DNA from: Escherichia coli
GTDB taxonomy: Bacteria; Pseudomonadota; Gammaproteobacteria; Enterobacterales; Enterobacteriaceae
Assembly: GCF_024502345.1 (NCBI RefSeq)
Contig: NZ_JALDNN010000001.1
Reading direction: 5' to 3' (one strand)
Length of the DNA stretch: 64,000 bases
Position 1 is the stretch's first letter. Each line of letters starts with the position of its first letter. The translations under genes were made by a program, and so were the position numbers. Under the pieces are notes generated by a model. That model saw nothing but the letters and a program-made list of their open reading frames with translations, was not told the DNA's origin and did no database searches. Shown in pieces: positions 57,957 to 64,000 of this stretch.

Positions 57957-58963
57957 CCTCACCAATTGCTCGTGGTAAAGATGCCCCGTCTAACGCAGTG
58001 CTCCTTAATGAAACCATCGCCGACTACACTGGCGTGCCGATGGAGATCCCTCGCGCTATCGCGGTATTTGAACGTTATGCCGGGCCGGAGTATAAGCATC
58101 AGGAAATGGGCCAGCCCAACGTCAGTACCGAACGCCGGGAGTTAGTGGTGCGCTGGATCAGTACAGTGGGTAACTATGACTACATTTTTGACTGGATCTT
58201 CCATGAAAACGGCACTATTGGCATTGATGCCGGTGCTACGGGCATCGAAGCGGTGAAAGGTGTTAAAGCGAAAACCATGCACGATGAGACGGCGAAAGAT
58301 GACACGCGCTACGGCACGCTTATCGATCACAATATCGTGGGTACTACACACCAACATATTTATAATTTCCGCCTCGATCTGGATGTAGATGGCGAGAATA
58401 ACAGCCTGGTGGCGATGGACCCAGTGGTAAAACCGAATACTGCCGGTGGCCCACGCACCAGTACCATGCAAGTTAATCAGTACAACATCGGCAATGAACA
58501 GGATGCCGCGCAGAAGTTTGATCCGGGCACGATTCGTCTGTTGAGTAACCCGAACAAAGAGAACCGCATGGGCAATCCAGTTTCCTATCAAATTATTCCT
58601 TATGCAGGTGGTACTCACCCGGTAGCAAAAGGTGCCCAGTTCGCGCCGGACGTGTGGATCTATCATCGTTTAAGCTTTATGGACAAGCAGCTTTGGGTAA
58701 CGCGTTATCATCCTGGCGAGCGTTTCCCGGAAGGCAAATATCCGAACCGTTCTACTCATGACACCGGTCTTGGACAATACAGTAAAGATAACGAGTCGCT
58801 GGACAACACCGACGCCGTTGTCTGGATGACCACCGGCACCACACATGTGGCCCGCGCCGAAGAGTGGCCGATTATGCCGACCGAATGGGTACATACTCTG
58901 CTTAAACCATGGAACTTCTTTGACGAAACGCCAACGCTAGGGGCGCTGAAGAAAGATAAGTGA
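57941..58963 (+). pseudogene. tynA: 3' fragment of copper amine oxidase tynA (C-terminal catalytic domain, about 340 codons)
   Basis: TPQ-site motif VGNYDY and conserved His ligands; N-terminal domains and signal peptide absent. Confidence 0.7.
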
Positions 58964-58973
58964 TTGTTTCAGA

Positions 58974-59002
58974 CAAAAAAACGGCACCAGGTGCCGTTTT
59001 TT
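58974..59002. terminator. Bidirectional terminator between tynA and feaB
   Basis: A7-ACGGCAC-CAG-GTGCCGT-T6. Confidence 0.6.
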
Positions 59003-59020
59003 ACTTATGAGCGAACCAGA

Positions 59021-60523
59021 TTAATACCGTACACACACCGACTTAGTTTCACACCAACCGTCCAGCCAGTCGGGGCCAAAATCACGGCCCGTTCCTGACT
59101 GCTTCATCCCACCAAACGGTAAGTTAGCGTCAATTAAGGTATGGCTGTTTACCCACACCGTCCCTGCCTGTAAGCGATCGCTATATTCCAGAGCCTGGGA
59201 GAGATTTTGCGTCCAGACACTGGCAGTTAAGCCATATTCCGTGTCGTTTGCCAGTTGTAACGCCTCTTCTCCATCCGCTACTCGCACCAGGTTTACCACC
59301 GGACCAAACACCTCTTCACGAGTTAAGCGCAATTTAGCATCGGGATTTACCACCAGCGTTGGCGCAACATAATACCCCTCTCCGGCTGGTCCATTCGACC
59401 CGCGAATCAGCTCTGCTTGCTGTGCCTGCGCATCGTCGAGGAATGAACACACTTTGTCGCAGTGCGCACGAGAAACCAAAGGGTTAATCTGTGCAACAGG
59501 TGACATCCCCGGTCCCACTTGCAACGATTTTACCGCCTGCTCAAATCCACTAACCAGCGTGTCAAACAACGGCGCTTCAATATAAATTCGCGAACTGGCG
59601 GCGCATACTTGCCCTTGATTCAGGAAGCTTCCGGTCATCAAGCCTTCAATAACCCATTGCGGATCAGCATCTTTTAATACAATTGCCGGGTTTTTACCGC
59701 CCAGTTCCAGCGTTACACGCGTTAAGTGATCAGCAGCAGTTCTGGCAATACCTTTTCCCGTCGCGGTTGAACCGGTAAAACTGATTTTCGCAACATGAGG
59801 ATGTGACGTCAGGGCCGCGCCGCATACAGCACCTGACCCGGTGACCACATTAAAAACGCCATCAGGGATACCAGCCTCGCTGGCCAGTTCCGCCACGCGC
59901 AACATCGTCAGTGGCGTGGTTTCCGAAGGCTTAATCACGATTGAACAGCCTGCTGCCAGTGCTGGCATCACCTTCCACATACCAATCATCAACGGAAAGT
60001 TCCATGGCACAATTCCCGCCACTACGCCAACCGGCTCTTTACGCGTCCAGGCCTGATAACGCGCCCCCTGGGGTAAGGGAATCGACAAGTCCAGCGTTTT
60101 ACCCGCGATTTTGGTCGTTAACCCGGCGGTATAACGCATCCAGTTCAGCGTACAGCCCACTTCAAAAGCACGGGAAATGGCAATTGACTTGCCTTGCTCC
60201 AGGGTTTCCAGTTGCGCCAGCTCCTCACTGTGCTGTTCCACCAGATCGGCAAAACGTAGCAGAATACGTTCACGCTCTGCGGGTAATCGCCCGGCCCAGC
60301 GACGCGAGACAAAGGCCCGCCAGGCAGACATGACTGCGTTATCTACATCCGCTTCGTTGGCATCAGCAGTAGACGCAATTTCTTGCCCGGTGGCCGGATC
60401 AAAGATCGCCAATCGTTTTTCACTTTGTGCGGGGCCTGGACGACCATCAATATAAAGACCGTGTTGACGATCGAGAAACTGTTGGACCTGGCTTAATACT
60501 GCTACATGCGGCTCTGTCATCAC
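59021..60523 (-). CDS. feaB: Phenylacetaldehyde dehydrogenase
   Basis: 500-aa ALDH ORF. Confidence 0.9.
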
Positions 60524-60755
60524 TTTTCCTTATTATTTACCCAGTGTGATTTCAGTGTACGCAGCGACAAGAAAAGTCACTTTTTTCGCTGTGACATTCG
60601 CTTTGTCAGCTGTGACAAGCTCCGCAAATCGTGACAATAACCGCTTATGTCTCTATGCCTGACAAGACTTATTTCCTATAGTCAGGCTCATTAGCATCGT
60701 TTACTGCAACACAAATGCAACAATAAAAATACATTTCACAGAGCGAAAACGTGCC

Positions 60756-61661
60756 ATGAACCCCGCAGTGGATAATGAGTTTCAGCAATGGCTTTCCCAA
60801 ATCAATCAGGTATGCGGAAATTTTACCGGACACCTGCTGACTGAGCGTTACACGGGTGTACTGGATACGCATTTTGCCAAAGGACTAAAGCTGAGTACCG
60901 TGACAACCAGCGGGGTGAATTTATCCCGCACCTGGCAGGAAGTAAAAGGCAGCGACGATGCCTGGTTTTACACCGTTTTTCAGCTTAGTGGTCAGGCAAT
61001 AATGGAGCAGGATGAGCGTCAGGTGCAGATTGGCGCTGGCGATATTACGTTACTCGATGCCTCACGCCCCTGTTCGCTTTACTGGCAGGAGTCTTCTAAA
61101 CAGATTTCATTACTTTTGCCACGCACTCTGCTGGAACAATATTTTCCCCATCAAAAACCTGTCTGCGCAGAAAGACTGGACGCTGACTTACCCATGGTGC
61201 AACTCAGTCATCGCCTGTTACAGGAGAGCATGAATAATCCGGCACTTTCTGAAACAGAAAGTGAAGCTGCGCTACAGGCGATGGTGTGTCTGCTGCGCCC
61301 GGTACTTCATCAGCGGGAATCTGTTCAACCTCGTCGTGAACGTCAGTTTCAAAAAGTGGTTACGTTGATAGACGATAATATTCGCGAAGAGATATTACGC
61401 CCGGAGTGGATAGCCGGAGAGACAGGTATGTCAGTACGTAGTTTGTACCGAATGTTTGCCGATAAAGGTTTGGTGGTCGCGCAATATATTCGTAACCGTC
61501 GTCTCGATTTTTGTGCAGATGCGATTCGCCATGCCGCAGATGATGAAAAACTGGCAGGCATCGGCTTTCATTGGGTATTTTCTGACCAGAGTCATTTTTC
61601 AACGGTATTTAAGCAACGCTTTGGGATGACGCCAGGCGAGTATCGACGTAAATTCCGCTAA
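60756..61661 (+). CDS. feaR: AraC-family activator of tynA/feaB
   Basis: 301-aa ORF with C-terminal AraC HTH. Confidence 0.85.
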   Translation: MNPAVDNEFQQWLSQINQVCGNFTGHLLTERYTGVLDTHFAKGLKLSTVTTSGVNLSRTWQEVKGSDDAWFYTVFQLSGQAIMEQDERQVQIGAGDITLLDASRPCSLYWQESSKQISLLLPRTLLEQYFPHQKPVCAERLDADLPMVQLSHRLLQESMNNPALSETESEAALQAMVCLLRPVLHQRESVQPRRERQFQKVVTLIDDNIREEILRPEWIAGETGMSVRSLYRMFADKGLVVAQYIRNRRLDFCADAIRHAADDEKLAGIGFHWVFSDQSHFSTVFKQRFGMTPGEYRRKFR

Positions 61662-61696
61662 CTAATTGGCGTTGTGTGTACTGCAACGCCAATTAG
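61662..61696 (+). terminator. 13-bp stem hairpin immediately after feaR stop
   Basis: CTAATTGGCGTTG-(9-nt loop)-CAACGCCAATTAG. Confidence 0.45.
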
Positions 61697-61832
61697 TTAA
61701 AACAAATATTTGACTATGCATTTTTCAGGGCGAAAGGCAATTTGACAGGAGTTTTTGAATATTCACCTTGTTTCAGGAAAATAGATCAATCGCTTTCTCC
61801 TGTAGCGTTATCCCGATATTGCGGTTTTGCTA

Positions 61833-62159
61833 TTAAAATTTTCGCACCCATTTACCGTTTATCCCTTGTACATATTCCCCCGGTTTGGCCCGAGCTACGA
61901 GCTTTTGCCCGGCGAGTTTCGCGATATCATCTACAGACACATTATTTTGCTTTGCCAGTTGTTGGTAACTCGCTTTACGTTCGGCATTAATGTCGGTTAC
62001 TAATTTCTCTGTTTCAGCATCCGTTTTCAGCGCAACCAGATAACCATAAAATGTTTCCCCGACCCGCCCCTGCGTTCTGGCTTCATCCAGAGTCAATGCC
62101 ATTACATTGCTGCTTACCAGCCCAACAAGAAACGCACAAAGAAGTAATGTTTTCTTCAT
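61833..62159 (-). CDS. ydbL: Periplasmic protein YdbL (DUF1318)
   Basis: Start taken at MKKTLLLCAFLVG (signal peptide), 108 aa. Confidence 0.75.
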   Translation of the reverse strand: MKKTLLLCAFLVGLVSSNVMALTLDEARTQGRVGETFYGYLVALKTDAETEKLVTDINAERKASYQQLAKQNNVSVDDIAKLAGQKLVARAKPGEYVQGINGKWVRKF

Positions 62160-62166
62160 CATCGCC

Positions 62167-62352
62167 TCAGAAAAGATCGCTACGAGTTTCAAGCAGCTCT
62201 TCGACATCTTTGTCTGCCTTGATGATGATCTCATGCTCAATTTTAACGTTCATATTGATAGTGATCGGTTCCTTGGGCGCAGCGACTTCAATACGCGGCG
62301 TACAGGCAGCCAGCATAAAAGATGACGTCAACGCAGCCAGTAAAATTTTCAT
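62167..62352 (-). CDS. ynbE: Lipoprotein YnbE
   Basis: 61-aa ORF with lipobox LAACT. Confidence 0.75.
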   Translation of the reverse strand: MKILLAALTSSFMLAACTPRIEVAAPKEPITINMNVKIEHEIIIKADKDVEELLETRSDLF

Positions 62353-64000
62353 TGTTTTTCCTCACACTCTTTTCCTTGCGGACAGTCATTTCCCGGCAGA
62401 CGTGCGTTCTGCTCCAACCATGCCTGGAGATTATCGCCAAAGCGTAAACTGCGCCACAGCGTAAAAATATTCTCTTCATGATGGTAATTAAGGTTTACCG
62501 TACCGCTTTTACCATCAACGCGACTGGTACCTGTAATGTTGGCCTGCATGGTTAATAAACCGAGATTATCTAAATTAATATTTGTCGATGAACGGCTAAT
62601 TTCCATATAGCGCAACCAGTTAATTGCTGAACCCGCAGTCATATTGTCTTTCACCACCGCATCTGCGGTGTCTTTATCCAGCCGCAAGGTCATTGGCCCG
62701 CTATTTGCCAGCCAACCATCTTTCACTATCCATTTTTCGTTGTTTAGCCATAACGGCAATGCACCACTAAATGCCCCGGACATGGCGAATTGTTTCGGAT
62801 TGACGGCGCTAACCAGTTCGCTGGATGAGAGATTATTCAGCCGCAACAGCGCCGGGTCATGTTGCGGCATACGTAATTGTTTCATCAGTACGTTACCGCC
62901 TAACACATCGACGCTAACATCAGTCAACAGCAAGGGTTCTTCTTCAGTCCACGGATAACGCCCTTGCAAATCAGCCGTAATATTTTTCGCTGTCACCAGA
63001 TTAATCACTTCGGCAATTCGCAACGTAACGGGGCCGCGAGTCCCCAGATGCCAGGCTCCATCGGCAAAACGGAAAGGCAGGACAAAATCGACACCGTTAA
63101 CCTGATTATCTGGCATCCAGGCACTACCGCCTTTCAACACGCCGTGCCCTCCCGCGCGGAATCCTTGTTCAGGCGCAGCAGAAAATGCAACCTGAGCATA
63201 CAGTTCACCATCGCGTAAGTTCATCTTCCAGTCGGGTGGCACCAGCGGCTGGAATACAGTCAGTGATTGTTTTGGCCACCAGGCGTTACCGCGCAGACGA
63301 ATACCGTCCCAGCGACCATTTACCCGAACCGGGCCAATCTCACCAGCATGTAAATCGCCTTTAAAGAGGAAATACGTCGGATCGCGCCCATCGACGCTAA
63401 ATTTTAAGGTTGATGGCGGTAACACACTGCCGCCAGTGAACAGCGTTTGCCCGGCGTCCAGTGACAGCGCGCCGCTGAAGGAGGGATGCTGTGCGTCACG
63501 TACCCAGACGACGGGCTTGTCGAGAATTAATCGCGGCTTTTCTACCGTCATCGTACCGTATTGTAACTGGTCGAAACCGGTGGAGAGGTCGGTCAGCGTA
63601 ATCGTGCTGTCATGCCATTCACCTTTTCCTGCGACATCCCAGGTGGCATTCATCGGTGTAAAACTGCCTTTTCCCCAGTAGCGCCACTGCCAGCGGCCCG
63701 CGTCAGGGAGAAAATCATTCGCCAGCCCATCCATATGCAGCACGAAATCGCCCAGTTCATTTTCATGCGCCTGCAAAATGGCCTGCAAACGTCCGTCAAC
63801 ACCACGTTGGGTGACTTTTACACCCGCTAAAGGCCAGCGGATTTCATCGATGTCCAGCGAATCGATGACTCTTCCCTTTGAACGAAGTAACGCGCCTGGC
63901 TCAAAGGCCAGCGTTGGGTCAGTCAGACTTCCACTTAGCTGCGCGGGTAAGCGGGCATATAAAATGAGGTCCGCCTGTTTCGCTTCACCGGTCAGCTGCA
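62349..64000 (-). CDS. ydbH: AsmA-family protein YdbH, C-terminal part (5' end outside window)
   Basis: Long minus-strand ORF overlapping the ynbE start; conserved ydbH-ynbE-ydbL arrangement. Confidence 0.75.
   Translation of the reverse strand, partial: QLTGEAKQADLILYARLPAQLSGSLTDPTLAFEPGALLRSKGRVIDSLDIDEIRWPLAGVKVTQRGVDGRLQAILQAHENELGDFVLHMDGLANDFLPDAGRWQWRYWGKGSFTPMNATWDVAGKGEWHDSTITLTDLSTGFDQLQYGTMTVEKPRLILDKPVVWVRDAQHPSFSGALSLDAGQTLFTGGSVLPPSTLKFSVDGRDPTYFLFKGDLHAGEIGPVRVNGRWDGIRLRGNAWWPKQSLTVFQPLVPPDWKMNLRDGELYAQVAFSAAPEQGFRAGGHGVLKGGSAWMPDNQVNGVDFVLPFRFADGAWHLGTRGPVTLRIAEVINLVTAKNITADLQGRYPWTEEEPLLLTDVSVDVLGGNVLMKQLRMPQHDPALLRLNNLSSSELVSAVNPKQFAMSGAFSGALPLWLNNEKWIVKDGWLANSGPMTLRLDKDTADAVVKDNMTAGSAINWLRYMEISRSSTNINLDNLGLLTMQANITGTSRVDGKSGTVNLNYHHEENIFTLWRSLRFGDNLQAWLEQNARLPGNDCPQGKECEEKQ

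Noticed and set aside
56440-57960. FRT, loxP or att-type scars at the paa/tynA deletion junctions, as evidence of engineering
   Set aside because: I saw no FRT (GAAGTTCCTATTC…) or loxP (ATAACTTCGTATA…) sequence at or near any junction; the joints look scarless, so engineering cannot be claimed from sequence alone.

Overview
This window reads as an Escherichia coli chromosomal segment collinear (in reverse orientation) with the K-12 interval narZ ... ydbH, covering the nar, ydc, teh, hrpA, ynb, paa and fea loci. Most genes are intact housekeeping or accessory-metabolic genes, and I identified them from the translated ORFs and from gene order recalled from K-12; no alignment was run, so every name is a recognition-level call. 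About 100 kb of K-12 content is compressed into 64 kb here, through several deletion junctions: (a) two identical 1057-bp IS903-family elements (4054-5110 and 52638-53694, same orientation, no target-site duplications), each sitting at a deletion that truncates the flanking genes (yddE; ynbA and ynbC); (b) three scarless junctions in the paa/tynA catabolic cluster leaving a 'paaE fragment, a paaF'-'paaX in-frame fusion, and 'paaZ and 'tynA fragments; (c) absence of ydbD and ydbA around ydbC. ynbD carries an in-frame amber codon, and gapC is intact (a pseudogene in K-12). Relative to K-12, one insertion stands out: a low-GC islet of about 1.4 kb between yncL and patD carrying a single 269-aa hexapeptide-repeat (Vat/CatB-like) acetyltransferase. 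Two toxin-antitoxin loci (hicAB; mokB/hokB/sokB), the orphan toxin ortT and the sRNA RydC are present. I saw no rRNA, tRNA, CRISPR array or prophage. I do not see a convincing multi-gene novel system; the acetyltransferase islet and the IS- and deletion-driven remodelling are the most unusual content.
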